Sequence record: KC131130.1
From: Vibrio phage VP4B
Reading direction: 5' to 3' (one strand)
DNA: 40,000 nucleotides
Shown piece after piece: positions 18,877-27,909 of the stretch. Under the pieces are notes generated by a model. That model made no database searches, was not told the origin of the DNA, and saw only the letters and a list, made by a program, of their open reading frames with translations. Positions within the stretch are counted from its first letter, which is position 1, and each line of letters starts with the position of its first letter. The translations under genes and the position numbers were made by a program.

Positions 18877-19056
18877 GACCAGATGGTCCTATTCTTCCTG
18901 CCTGATCTAAGATCTAAGGCAGTTAGTTATGGGGCATTCGGTCACCAGTCAGTATTTGATGAAAATAAACCATTCACCATTAGTCGACACTATAAACAAC
19001 CGTCGACCAACTTGATGAATATCAACAACGTAATGCGTAAACTGGAGTTCAAGTAA
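18877..19056 (+). CDS. DNA-directed RNA polymerase beta-prime-like subunit, exon 2 (DQMVLFFLPDLRSKAVSYGAFGHQSVFDENKPF...KLEFK)
   Basis: In-frame continuation that completes NADFDGDQM; spliced product would be 534 aa. Confidence 0.9.
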   Translation, partial: DQMVLFFLPDLRSKAVSYGAFGHQSVFDENKPFTISRHYKQPSTNLMNINNVMRKLEFK

Positions 19057-19707
19057 ATGAATATTTGTCGAGCATTCTCCATGGGTACTGCCGGAGTGGT
19101 ACACGACAATCAAATGCAGTCTTATGCGAACATGATTCAGATGAACTATAGTCAAATCCAAGGTGTTGGGGGATGGCTAGCAGATGGTGCTTCTGATTTC
19201 ATGAGTACCTTTAACAACTTTGTGAGTTCTCGTGCTTGGGATTTAGCGAGTAAAATACGAGGTCAGCAAGAAACAACGATCGGTTATTATGATATCGGTC
19301 GAGCGACCTCAGTAGAAGCTCTACAAGCGTCTCAGGGCTTTATGCGAGATTACATTATGGCTATGCCGGGTGTAATGGAACTTTACGAACAAGGCGAGTT
19401 CAGTGGCTGGGAAGGACACATCAGTGATTGGTGTACAGGCGTAGGTGAAGACAACATCTACTACCGTCGTCAAATGCACGGTGTGTTACAACTAGACACG
19501 GTCGATGATGTTCATACCGCGCGTACAAAACACTACTATGACTCCGTAGCGGGTACTGGATTAAGTGTGCGTGAACGATTTGATCTAGCGGCGACTCGCC
19601 AAGCAACGAACCACTACCTAGCGAACAGTCTATTCGACATTACTAGTGGAGAAGGTAAATTGCGTAAATCTGCTCAAGAAGAGTTGGAACAAAAAGAAGG
19701 GGAGTAA
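19057..19707 (+). CDS. Hypothetical phage protein (216 aa)
   Basis: ORF starts immediately after exon 2 stop codon (ATG at 19057). Confidence 0.8.
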   Translation: MNICRAFSMGTAGVVHDNQMQSYANMIQMNYSQIQGVGGWLADGASDFMSTFNNFVSSRAWDLASKIRGQQETTIGYYDIGRATSVEALQASQGFMRDYIMAMPGVMELYEQGEFSGWEGHISDWCTGVGEDNIYYRRQMHGVLQLDTVDDVHTARTKHYYDSVAGTGLSVRERFDLAATRQATNHYLANSLFDITSGEGKLRKSAQEELEQKEGE

Positions 19708-19734
19708 TCCCCTTTTATTTTTAAAGGTAAAAGC

Positions 19735-20208
19735 ATGTCTCATTTAAACATCGTGAAACACCGTCGTATGGTTATCTTTAAGAAAAAGGATATCACCTTA
19801 GGTGTTATTAAACTCCTCCGTTCCCTAAAGAAGCGTCCTGAAAAGAAGCGTTTCTTATTAGTAGAATACGGTCGTCCTATCCACGATCATATCACGCCTA
19901 AATACGCCGTATTAAAACTCAAGTGTTTTGAGTACGACGATGAAGGTAATTTGACCGCATCAGTAACTGCCGCGGATTCCCACAACCCAACCGTAAACCT
20001 AGGTAATGGTAAAGTCAGCCTCGGTCAACTGTTACTCAGTTCAGAAAAACCAACCTTCTCGTTTGTAAGTGAAATGGTTAAGCGCCCAGTGCAAAAGGAC
20101 GGTCAACCAGTGATCGATGAAAAGGGTCGACAACAGTTCTTCAATAATTGTTTGATCTATGTAGAGCCGGAACAAAAACCAATTTTATCAGTAAGTTCAC
20201 AGTCGTAA
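19735..20208 (+). CDS. Hypothetical phage protein (157 aa)
   Basis: ORF with ATG start after GGTAAAAGC spacing. Confidence 0.8.
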   Translation: MSHLNIVKHRRMVIFKKKDITLGVIKLLRSLKKRPEKKRFLLVEYGRPIHDHITPKYAVLKLKCFEYDDEGNLTASVTAADSHNPTVNLGNGKVSLGQLLLSSEKPTFSFVSEMVKRPVQKDGQPVIDEKGRQQFFNNCLIYVEPEQKPILSVSSQS

Positions 20209-20232
20209 ATTGACATGGAGTTTATTTCAAAC

Positions 20233-20254
20233 CTATATAGTTAAGGTGTAAAGT
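20233..20254 (+). promoter_or_regulatory. Promoter-like motif copy C (CTATATAGTTAAGGTGTAAAGT)
   Basis: Recurring motif upstream of the small membrane protein gene at 20284. Confidence 0.55.
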
Positions 20255-20283
20255 AATATACTTAAACTTATTAGGAGTTCCCC

Positions 20284-20418
20284 ATGAAAGATTACGTAAA
20301 CGCAAAAACTGAAAGCGAAACTAAATCAACTAAAGTAGCTTGGTACCGTACTAATGGTGCGATCTGTTCACTGATGTTATTTAGTTTATACGTAGCTGTT
20401 CAATACGGCAATTGGTAA
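20284..20418 (+). CDS. Small predicted membrane protein, 44 aa (MKDYVNAKTESETKSTKVAWYRTNGAICSLMLFSLYVAVQYGNW), not in the supplied ORF track
   Basis: ATG preceded by TTAGGAGTTCCCC, hydrophobic segment AICSLMLFSLYVAV, upstream promoter-like motif, downstream UUCG-loop hairpin. Confidence 0.75.
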   Translation: MKDYVNAKTESETKSTKVAWYRTNGAICSLMLFSLYVAVQYGNW

Positions 20419-20424
20419 TAACTT

Positions 20425-20444
20425 CCCCTACCTTCGGGTAGGGG
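20425..20444 (+). terminator. Terminator-like hairpin with TTCG tetraloop
   Basis: CCCCTACC-TTCG-GGTAGGGG perfect 8-bp stem. Confidence 0.65.
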
Positions 20445-20477
20445 ATCCCTAACTATCCTTATTTTTTTGGAGTTTTT

Positions 20478-20903
20478 ATGGGTAAAGAGTTTGTTGTCGG
20501 TACGATGTCCACACTAGGACAAATCACTGAGTCCCCCGAACTCGCTATGGACCGACACATCGCTTATTGGTTTGCCGCTCGTCGTAGCCAAGGTATGACC
20601 ATTGGTGAGACCAGTTCTTTTGAGTGGGTGTTAATGAAAGCCCAAGGTTCACAACAACGTGTCGTTGATGATGTACGTGAATCTTTGAAGTTATACTTTG
20701 AAGAACTTTTTGAAAAAGTAGAAGTGTCAGCAGAAGCCGAGGGTTTTGATAACGATCGTGATGGTCGTTTCCATTTGTATATTCAAGTTTCCGCCATGTA
20801 TAATCAACGATGGTATGATCTCGGTCACGCCGTTTCAGTATCAGGGCAATCCTTCCAACTTATCAACCAAGGACGTCTCAATGCAAAAGCAAGACAAAAC
20901 TAA
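20478..20903 (+). CDS. Hypothetical phage protein (141 aa)
   Basis: ORF with ATG preceded by TGGAG. Confidence 0.8.
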   Translation: MGKEFVVGTMSTLGQITESPELAMDRHIAYWFAARRSQGMTIGETSSFEWVLMKAQGSQQRVVDDVRESLKLYFEELFEKVEVSAEAEGFDNDRDGRFHLYIQVSAMYNQRWYDLGHAVSVSGQSFQLINQGRLNAKARQN

Positions 20904-21879
20904 AAAACAACCGGTAGTAGAAACCAAAGTGGAAGAAACGACGGTTGAAGAAACCACTATTGTAGAAACAACACAGGAGTCGACAGATGTTCCCGAAACT
21001 GATGTTGTCGATCACACTGAAGCTGATTCCGTGTCCGATGAAGACGACGAAGACATTATCCCAGAAAACGATGAGTATGAGTATCTGCAACGAGTTGAAG
21101 TTAGCAGTGAAAAACACCAAGCTCGTCTAAAAGAAGATTTTGGTTGGATCGGTAATTTGAAGATTGAAGATGTAGACGGACAACGCGCCATTCGTGATGA
21201 GTCTGGTACTTACATCATTTCTGATGCTTCCATTACGGAAAGTGCTTTTGTCCAACGTTGGCTTGATCAGTTCGCTCTAGGTTATGTTGGGACGTCTAAC
21301 TACTTTGACGCTACCACATGGGGTAAGCTCACACACGGTCATCAACGTGGTGTCGTGGTTACTGACGACGAAGGTAAACCACTATTCGTTATTCCACCGT
21401 TATCTCGTGCACCTTTCACACCTACGGAACAATACGTGTTAGATTTGGCACATAAGTCTTACACTAACGCGGCAAGTGCAGAAGAAACAGGTGATACACA
21501 CCGTGCTCAAGAAATCATCACACAGACTTCTAGCCTGATCAAACAACATATCAGTGATGAGTCGGTGACGGTAACTGATTTGATTCCAGATTGGTTCTAT
21601 GAAAAATACCACGTCGTACCATACATTAAGCGTTCTCTTGTTTATTGTCGTGATATCTATGGTTTGAACCCAGCGTTCCATGCGGACTGGGAAATGGCAG
21701 AAGGTATCTTCACAGACATTTACAAACGTCGTGCACTATCCGAATACCAACTTCGTTTCATGGAAATCCTAACTTCCGGTGAATGGACACCGCCAGAATA
21801 CGAAGTGGTGGAAGATCTCGGTAATCCGCAACCGCGTGTACCATCTAACAGTACGGACTTTGATCCTTTTGATAACTGA
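20881..21879 (+). CDS. Hypothetical phage protein with acidic low-complexity N-terminus (about 332 aa; start corrected from 20746)
   Basis: ATG at 20881 in frame (MQKQDKTKKQPVVETKVEE...) with short overlap of the upstream gene; the 20746 start would overlap 158 nt. Confidence 0.75.
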   Translation: MQKQDKTKKQPVVETKVEETTVEETTIVETTQESTDVPETDVVDHTEADSVSDEDDEDIIPENDEYEYLQRVEVSSEKHQARLKEDFGWIGNLKIEDVDGQRAIRDESGTYIISDASITESAFVQRWLDQFALGYVGTSNYFDATTWGKLTHGHQRGVVVTDDEGKPLFVIPPLSRAPFTPTEQYVLDLAHKSYTNAASAEETGDTHRAQEIITQTSSLIKQHISDESVTVTDLIPDWFYEKYHVVPYIKRSLVYCRDIYGLNPAFHADWEMAEGIFTDIYKRRALSEYQLRFMEILTSGEWTPPEYEVVEDLGNPQPRVPSNSTDFDPFDN

Positions 21880-21898
21880 TTAGTTGGAAGTTAAATTT

Positions 21899-23026
21899 AT
21901 GAAAAATGACCACTTGTTTGGGTTGTGGTTTAGTGATCAACACACACTGCACAACAATACACCAACGCAACATGTGTTGTATAACGCGAGTCAATTCCTG
22001 ACCCGTAGTCACAATCTAGAAGAAGTGGACCTCGTCGTATTTGGAGGGGACTTCTACGATCGACTCGTAGATACATCTCACCCTGATATGCGAGCGACTC
22101 AACACTGGATACGTGATTTCTTATTGGAATGTTTGAAGCACAACGTGATTGTGAGGGTGCTTGAAGGTACATCGTCGCATGACCGTGAACAACCTGAGAA
22201 CTTCATCGTCCAGTGTCCGGAAGGTCTTAACCTTAAATGGGTGAAAGAGCTCTCCTATGAACGCATAGACGAGTTAGGGATCGATATGATCTATGTACCC
22301 GACAACATGGGTGGTGTAAGTCCTGATACGATTTGGGACCGTACCTTGGCATTGCTGACCGACAACGGGGTTAGTAAAGTAGACTATGTTTGGTTCCATG
22401 GTGCTTTTGAATATCAGATCCCTCTTAAATTTAGCAAACACTCACATTCCGAAGTAAAATGGCAATCCATCGTCAAACGTAATTTGTTTGCGGGACATGT
22501 CCACATCCCTTCGGAGTACGGTAAAATCCGTGTTAGTGGTTCTTTTGATCGCACTCGCCATGGGGAAGAACATCCTAAAGGCGGTTATGAGTTCTGGTGG
22601 GATCCTAAGTCGGATTGGTGTGATACCAAGTTCTGGGAGAACAAAAACGCCCTTCCTTATTACCGTGTATTGCAACACCCGGATGACACCAATGATGAAT
22701 TACTGGATCGTGTGAACCAAGTAATTCAGTTGAAGAAACCTCAACCTAAATCTCGTATACAAATACGTGGTAGAAATGGGGCGTTAATAAAAGGTGTCAC
22801 GGAATACTTGCAAGCCACTTATCCTGATCTGTTCTTCGACATTGATTCTTCTAGTCAGATGGAGAAAGAGATTTCCCAAGACACAGTAAACGATTTGACC
22901 TACGAAGGGGTTGACATCAATGAACACAATTATTGTGATCATTTGGTACAGTTCATGACTGGGACTGAAAAGTATACTGCTGAAGAAATAAGTGAAACCG
23001 CAGAATTATTGAAGGAGTTCTTATGA
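21899..23026 (+). CDS. SbcD/Mre11-like metallophosphoesterase nuclease
   Basis: Metallophosphoesterase motifs SDQH, GGDFYD, GTSSHD, WFHGAF and AGHVHIPS in order; ATG at 21899 with GGAAG upstream preferred over TTG at 21884. Confidence 0.75.
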   Translation: MKNDHLFGLWFSDQHTLHNNTPTQHVLYNASQFLTRSHNLEEVDLVVFGGDFYDRLVDTSHPDMRATQHWIRDFLLECLKHNVIVRVLEGTSSHDREQPENFIVQCPEGLNLKWVKELSYERIDELGIDMIYVPDNMGGVSPDTIWDRTLALLTDNGVSKVDYVWFHGAFEYQIPLKFSKHSHSEVKWQSIVKRNLFAGHVHIPSEYGKIRVSGSFDRTRHGEEHPKGGYEFWWDPKSDWCDTKFWENKNALPYYRVLQHPDDTNDELLDRVNQVIQLKKPQPKSRIQIRGRNGALIKGVTEYLQATYPDLFFDIDSSSQMEKEISQDTVNDLTYEGVDINEHNYCDHLVQFMTGTEKYTAEEISETAELLKEFL

Positions 23027-23811
23027 GAGAACTTGGGGAACTAGGGATGTCCTACGGGACATCCATGGCTTTTGAAACGGATGAAGCCAAACACGCCATC
23101 CCGTTAGCAGATACGTTGTTGATCAATCTACGGACGCTGGTTCGTAATGTTCATAACGCCTACCCTACGGACGATCCATTGAACGACGACATGGACTCTT
23201 TATCAGCGGCTTTATTAGAGGACGTTAAAATCATCGCCAGTAGTTTGGCTGAGATTTCACCTCGTAAAGCCATTCATGTAGAGATCTACTACCCGTCGTA
23301 CAAATCAATGAAGTCGAAGTTTCCACACGCCGATTTGTGGACACCTCGCACACCTAAGCAAATAGCTCTAAACACCTTGTTAGAAAGTGTTGCTAAAGCA
23401 TTCATAAAAGAATACCCTAGTCTGGTCACCTTGACGGATTGTGGTATGCCTGAGTTCAAGGGCAAGGGTTTGGTGATCACTCATCACGTAGTGGACTTGG
23501 TATTGACTGAGTCTTGGTCACGTCTAAACCTACTCGAATCTCAAACCGGTGCCGTTAAACCATATTTGATGTGGTACACCAAACTCACCGGCAGTGGTAA
23601 TGAAAACATTCCACTCAACAAAATGACCATACAAGTCTTCGGCGATAAATCTACGAACTTCTTTGGGCAAAAAGCCTCCATAAAGAAACTCGTTAAGGAT
23701 TTAGCGGATAAAGCGAATTGGACCTCCGCGACCACACCACAACGTGCTCGTAATTCAGTCACCACGTATTTGACTGGTGTCGATAAAGAAGGGCTGTTGT
23801 TGTTCTGGTAA
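23023..23811 (+). CDS. Hypothetical phage protein (262 aa), overlaps nuclease gene by 4 nt
   Basis: ATGA overlap with preceding gene, long ORF. Confidence 0.8.
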   Translation: MRELGELGMSYGTSMAFETDEAKHAIPLADTLLINLRTLVRNVHNAYPTDDPLNDDMDSLSAALLEDVKIIASSLAEISPRKAIHVEIYYPSYKSMKSKFPHADLWTPRTPKQIALNTLLESVAKAFIKEYPSLVTLTDCGMPEFKGKGLVITHHVVDLVLTESWSRLNLLESQTGAVKPYLMWYTKLTGSGNENIPLNKMTIQVFGDKSTNFFGQKASIKKLVKDLADKANWTSATTPQRARNSVTTYLTGVDKEGLLLFW

Positions 23812-23883
23812 CTCATCACCAGAGTGACCAACTATTAGCGCAAAAGAATTTTTAATCAAACTAATTTAAAAAGGTAGATCAAC

Positions 23884-24618
23884 ATGTCACAACCACAAGG
23901 CAATGCTCGTCAAAAAACTATTTTCAACGACTTCTACGGCGTACACCCTACTACACTACAACCAGTAGAAGGTGCTAAGTTCCCGGGTCAAATGCTTTGG
24001 GAAATTGCGAACAACGGTAAAATCCTGTTCAAAGCCGACGATAAACGTTACAACCCTAACGACCAACAAGCGTACAAAAAGAAAGAATGTGAAATGGGCT
24101 ACGGCGACCGTAACGCAATCTTTGAACTGTTGCTAGAAGCAGCCTCTGATCCAACGTTCACTAAAGCGCAGTACACGGTTAAGAAACGTTCATTCATCCG
24201 TCAAAACGGTCAATCTAAAATGTCTGACCAACCTATCGCTCAAGGTCAGTTCACTATTATCCGTGACCAACAAGGCGTGGTGTCACTAGGCTACTCTCGT
24301 GGTGATTACAAAATCCTGTTCACGTTTGACCGCCCGGGATTCTCTGAACTTAACTTCTTCGAAAACGGCGAATGGGTTTCAGGTGCTGGTCGTATGTCCC
24401 AAATCTGGGTACGTTCTTACGTTAACCGTGTTCGTAAATTCCTAGACCAGAAAGAAGACGAAAACTACCAACCACCAAAACCTAAGAATGGCGGTGGTAA
24501 CAACAACTGGGGTGGTAACAACAACGGTAACGGCGGAAACGGTGGCGGTAATAATAACAACGGCGGTTGGGGTGACTCTAACAGCGGTAGTGACGATTAC
24601 GACGACATCCCGTTCTAA
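23884..24618 (+). CDS. ssb: Single-stranded DNA-binding protein
   Basis: N-terminal OB-like region, long Gly/Asn-rich linker and C-terminal acidic tip DDYDDIPF, a hallmark of SSB proteins. Confidence 0.8.
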   Translation: MSQPQGNARQKTIFNDFYGVHPTTLQPVEGAKFPGQMLWEIANNGKILFKADDKRYNPNDQQAYKKKECEMGYGDRNAIFELLLEAASDPTFTKAQYTVKKRSFIRQNGQSKMSDQPIAQGQFTIIRDQQGVVSLGYSRGDYKILFTFDRPGFSELNFFENGEWVSGAGRMSQIWVRSYVNRVRKFLDQKEDENYQPPKPKNGGGNNNWGGNNNGNGGNGGGNNNNGGWGDSNSGSDDYDDIPF

Positions 24619-24637
24619 TCAATCATAATCCAATACA

Positions 24638-24661
24638 GGGAGAGGTCTCGCGACCTCTCCC
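24638..24661 (+). terminator. Terminator-like hairpin after ssb
   Basis: GGGAGAGGTC-TCGC-GACCTCTCCC perfect 10-bp stem followed by CGGTTTTCT. Confidence 0.85.
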
Positions 24662-24692
24662 CGGTTTTCTATGTCGTTAAATTTTTTCAAAT

Positions 24693-24714
24693 CTATATTA
24701 TCTTGGTGTAATCC
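24693..24714 (+). promoter_or_regulatory. Promoter-like motif copy D (CTATATTATCTTGGTGTAATCC)
   Basis: Recurring motif between ssb terminator and the 24729 gene. Confidence 0.6.
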
Positions 24715-24728
24715 ATAGGAGATTAAAA

Positions 24729-26303
24729 ATGGAAATCGCTATAACCAACGCCACCATATCTCAATTCAAAGGAGTTATGGTTACTCATGGGCAGGAATCA
24801 GTAAGTTTCGCTGCTCATTCCAAAACTCATTGCGGGACCACCAAAGATAACCTGTTTGAAACAGTTAATGAATATTTCGGTTCATTGTCTGAATCTAAAC
24901 AACTGGAGATCTTTAAACAATTCCAGAAAGCCAAGAGTATTTTAGATCCAGCTTTTGCTGACGCGGAAGGTATTGATGATGAACTCCTACGTAATCATCG
25001 AGACTATCGTTTTCTGATAGACCGACTATCACCGGTAGTTAGAAACATTTATCAACTCATCGATTTACGTAACTATACGTATTTCTTAAAACAATCAGGC
25101 GTGTGTGCACCACCTAAGGGTTTAAAGGAAACCGTCGCTCGTGGCGAATACCATGCTGAACAAACCATCAACCCAACGGAATATGAACAGATCGCAGAAC
25201 TCGCTTTGTTGATGCGACCTTGTTTTCCTATATTCTCAGGGATGATGCAAAAATCTAAAGAGATCACCGGGGACGAATATAAAGAAGTCGTTACCGCGGG
25301 ATTGTTCAAAGATATGGATGTGTTCGTTAACCACCATGGTTGGAACAAAATTCGTAACTACATGAACTACTTTTATTCCAGTAATGGAGTAAACTCATTA
25401 CAGCTATCTTTGATCTCTGAAGACTCCTACGTCAACCATGCTTTTTATTCAGCGTTATTCAGTCGTCTAGGTTCAACTCATATCCCATCGAAAGACAATT
25501 CGAAGAACATCGCTAAGTCGTTGTATTCCGTAGCGAAACAATACTCAGCACCTTCGTCTCGTATTCGTGAGAAACGATTGACCGCTAAAGATGAAATGAA
25601 TGAAAAGCGAAGTTTGTATGAGATCTACTTCCTTAAAGAAGAAGTGAGCTCAGCAGACGAAGAAGCCCACGGTGAGTATTTCTCGATGGGTCTATTTGAT
25701 AACACTGATCGTCGTCTTACTGAAGGGGTATTCGACATTCCTTGTATGGGATTAAAGATCAAGAACACGAAGTTAGTAGAGTGGGTCTATGATCAGATTC
25801 CGAGTAACTGGGAATTCGAACTGCAACCCCATATCTTTAAACTGTTACAACTGGCTTTCGTAGAAGGGATTTCTTACAACATCTATTTGTCATTAGATCA
25901 CGACCAGCTCATGGCGGCTATGTCGCTTGCCACGGTCAAACTGCATGAGATGGGTTACACTAAACTTGCCACATTGGTGTGCACGGTATATGACCCAGAA
26001 CAACCTCGTAGTTTGACTGATGAGATCTTTGCACTCGATGCAGCAGATAAAGAAATGTTGGAAAGTTTGTGTGCGGTCTATCGTGGGACCTCTGGGTTAT
26101 CTACGGATAACGAAGCGGTAATCTCCGCGAATGAGTTCCTAAAAGAACTTGGGAACGGACAATGGTCTTCTATTATCGAAGACGGGATGTTAGACGACCC
26201 TGAAGTCATGCGAAATGCAGACCAAGGTGATTTGTTTGAAGTCGAACTTGATCGTTCACTCAAACAAGAGTTTTTAAATCTAGTTAAAGAAGTGAACTCT
26301 TAG
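24729..26303 (+). CDS. Hypothetical phage protein (524 aa)
   Basis: Long ORF, ATG preceded by TAGGAG. Confidence 0.85.
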   Translation: MEIAITNATISQFKGVMVTHGQESVSFAAHSKTHCGTTKDNLFETVNEYFGSLSESKQLEIFKQFQKAKSILDPAFADAEGIDDELLRNHRDYRFLIDRLSPVVRNIYQLIDLRNYTYFLKQSGVCAPPKGLKETVARGEYHAEQTINPTEYEQIAELALLMRPCFPIFSGMMQKSKEITGDEYKEVVTAGLFKDMDVFVNHHGWNKIRNYMNYFYSSNGVNSLQLSLISEDSYVNHAFYSALFSRLGSTHIPSKDNSKNIAKSLYSVAKQYSAPSSRIREKRLTAKDEMNEKRSLYEIYFLKEEVSSADEEAHGEYFSMGLFDNTDRRLTEGVFDIPCMGLKIKNTKLVEWVYDQIPSNWEFELQPHIFKLLQLAFVEGISYNIYLSLDHDQLMAAMSLATVKLHEMGYTKLATLVCTVYDPEQPRSLTDEIFALDAADKEMLESLCAVYRGTSGLSTDNEAVISANEFLKELGNGQWSSIIEDGMLDDPEVMRNADQGDLFEVELDRSLKQEFLNLVKEVNS

Positions 26304-26352
26304 TTCACTTTTTCATTAAACGTTATATCAACGAAATATTAAGGAATTTTCC

Positions 26353-27822
26353 ATGGCTACTCTTACTCTTACACAAGCTGTTGTAGGTCTATCTAACTCT
26401 TACCAACAACATCAACTACGTGCACATGCTGTAAACGTTGATGCTTCGGACATGAATGAATTGCTGGCAGCTCGTCTAGGTAATACGAGTAAAGTTGCGC
26501 CAGTTCAAATGCATGAGATCGCCAGTCGTTCTGGTGGCGTTGCGACACAATCAGGTGGTGCTGCGTTTATCGAAGACGGTTGGGCTGAGTCTCGTGGCCT
26601 TGCAACATTGGAATTTGAAATCACTGGCGCGTCTCCAGTACAATCTCAAACATTAACCGTATACGGTTACATGCATGGCGGTTCACCAACTATGATGGGT
26701 GGTCAACTTCCACCTGACATCAAGTTCGTTCCAGTTAAAATGTGGTTGATGGAAACTCAAGCCTCTATGGATGGTTCTGGCTTCCCAGTAGAAACACGTC
26801 GTATGAACCAAGCGGGTCAATTCTTGCTGAATGACAACAGTATGATGCAAGGTCTCCACACGGTACGTCCTATGGATGTGGTTAACTCGGTATCTGCTTT
26901 AGCCGCATTTGATAACGAAGATGTACCGGGAGGTGGTCTAGACGGATTTGGTGGTGCAACATCAGGTCTGCTTTCAACAGTAGGTATGAACATCAGTAAA
27001 TCCACCAACAACTCTACGGTGGATTACGCAGAGACCATCTTAACCGCGGCGACTACCGCATCTTTTGAACGCGAGTATGCAGGAGACCGTTATTCAGCAA
27101 TATGCGCAGCAACTGGTGGTAACTCTATTAAAGAGATCTCATTAGAGCAAAACCCATTCATTAAAGTGATGCGTCGTACTTTGGGTTATGTACAAATGAA
27201 CGGCTTCGATGGCTTCACACTTGGTGAGATCGCTACGGTATTTGAAAACTTTGGTCAAGTTACTAACGTTATGTTGACTGATACCGATTCTTTCAATGTG
27301 ATCGACCACCGTTACAACTCTAACGAGATGAATGGTTCTACTTACGAAACCTTAATCTGTTCAGAACTAAACAACCTAGCTAACGCGATGATGAACGATT
27401 ACCGTTTGTCTTACTTCCACATTCGTGCTTCAAACAACGTTCAAGACGGTATGGGTCAAATCATGGTAAACGACCTACCAGTTGCTTACCAGCTTGGTGA
27501 ATCTGCTCCGATTGCATCTAAAGACCCAGATTGGCAGTTTAATGCTACGTCGGGTGTAGAGGCCTTCCTAGCGAACTTCTACGCCAAGTACAACTCTGCA
27601 CTTATCCACGAACGTACCATCGTTGATTTCGAAATCAACGCTTCATTGTTTGGCGAGACCGAAGTACACGTTGCTTTGTCTGGACAACAAAACAATGTTC
27701 ATAAAGAAGTCTTTGGTACTATGGCGGGTAACCGTTTTGATCCTACCTTGGTAACCACCGAAGGTCTAGGTCAATCCGTAAACGGTTTTTACTCTAACCT
27801 AGTTAACTACATGAATTTCTAA
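26353..27822 (+). CDS. Probable abundant virion structural protein (489 aa)
   Basis: Long ORF with codon bias similar to the putative capsid gene; Ala/Gly/Ser/Thr/Asn-rich composition. Specific role not determined. Confidence 0.55.
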   Translation: MATLTLTQAVVGLSNSYQQHQLRAHAVNVDASDMNELLAARLGNTSKVAPVQMHEIASRSGGVATQSGGAAFIEDGWAESRGLATLEFEITGASPVQSQTLTVYGYMHGGSPTMMGGQLPPDIKFVPVKMWLMETQASMDGSGFPVETRRMNQAGQFLLNDNSMMQGLHTVRPMDVVNSVSALAAFDNEDVPGGGLDGFGGATSGLLSTVGMNISKSTNNSTVDYAETILTAATTASFEREYAGDRYSAICAATGGNSIKEISLEQNPFIKVMRRTLGYVQMNGFDGFTLGEIATVFENFGQVTNVMLTDTDSFNVIDHRYNSNEMNGSTYETLICSELNNLANAMMNDYRLSYFHIRASNNVQDGMGQIMVNDLPVAYQLGESAPIASKDPDWQFNATSGVEAFLANFYAKYNSALIHERTIVDFEINASLFGETEVHVALSGQQNNVHKEVFGTMAGNRFDPTLVTTEGLGQSVNGFYSNLVNYMNF

Positions 27823-27830
27823 CCCCATCG

Positions 27831-27866
27831 GTCGTAGTAGAAGAAAGCGCGCTCGGACACTACGAC
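27831..27866 (+). terminator. Terminator-like hairpin
   Basis: GTCGTAGT ... ACTACGAC followed by TTTTT. Confidence 0.75.
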
Positions 27867-27909
27867 TTTTTATCCCATCATTATTGATCAATATAAAGGA
27901 AATTTCCAA

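Noticed and set aside
18868-19056. ORF 18868..19056 (62 aa) as an independent gene
   Set aside because: Its sequence after MCA is the exact continuation of NADFDG into DQM; its first codons lie in the intron 3' end. It is exon 2 of the RNAP gene.
20746-20880. Start of the 20746..21879 ORF at 20746
   Set aside because: It would overlap the previous gene by 158 nt; an in-frame ATG at 20881 fits normal packing.
24460-24600. GGTGGTAACAACAAC-type repeats as a mobile or regulatory repeat
   Set aside because: They encode the Gly/Asn-rich linker of the SSB protein, an ordinary low-complexity feature of this family.
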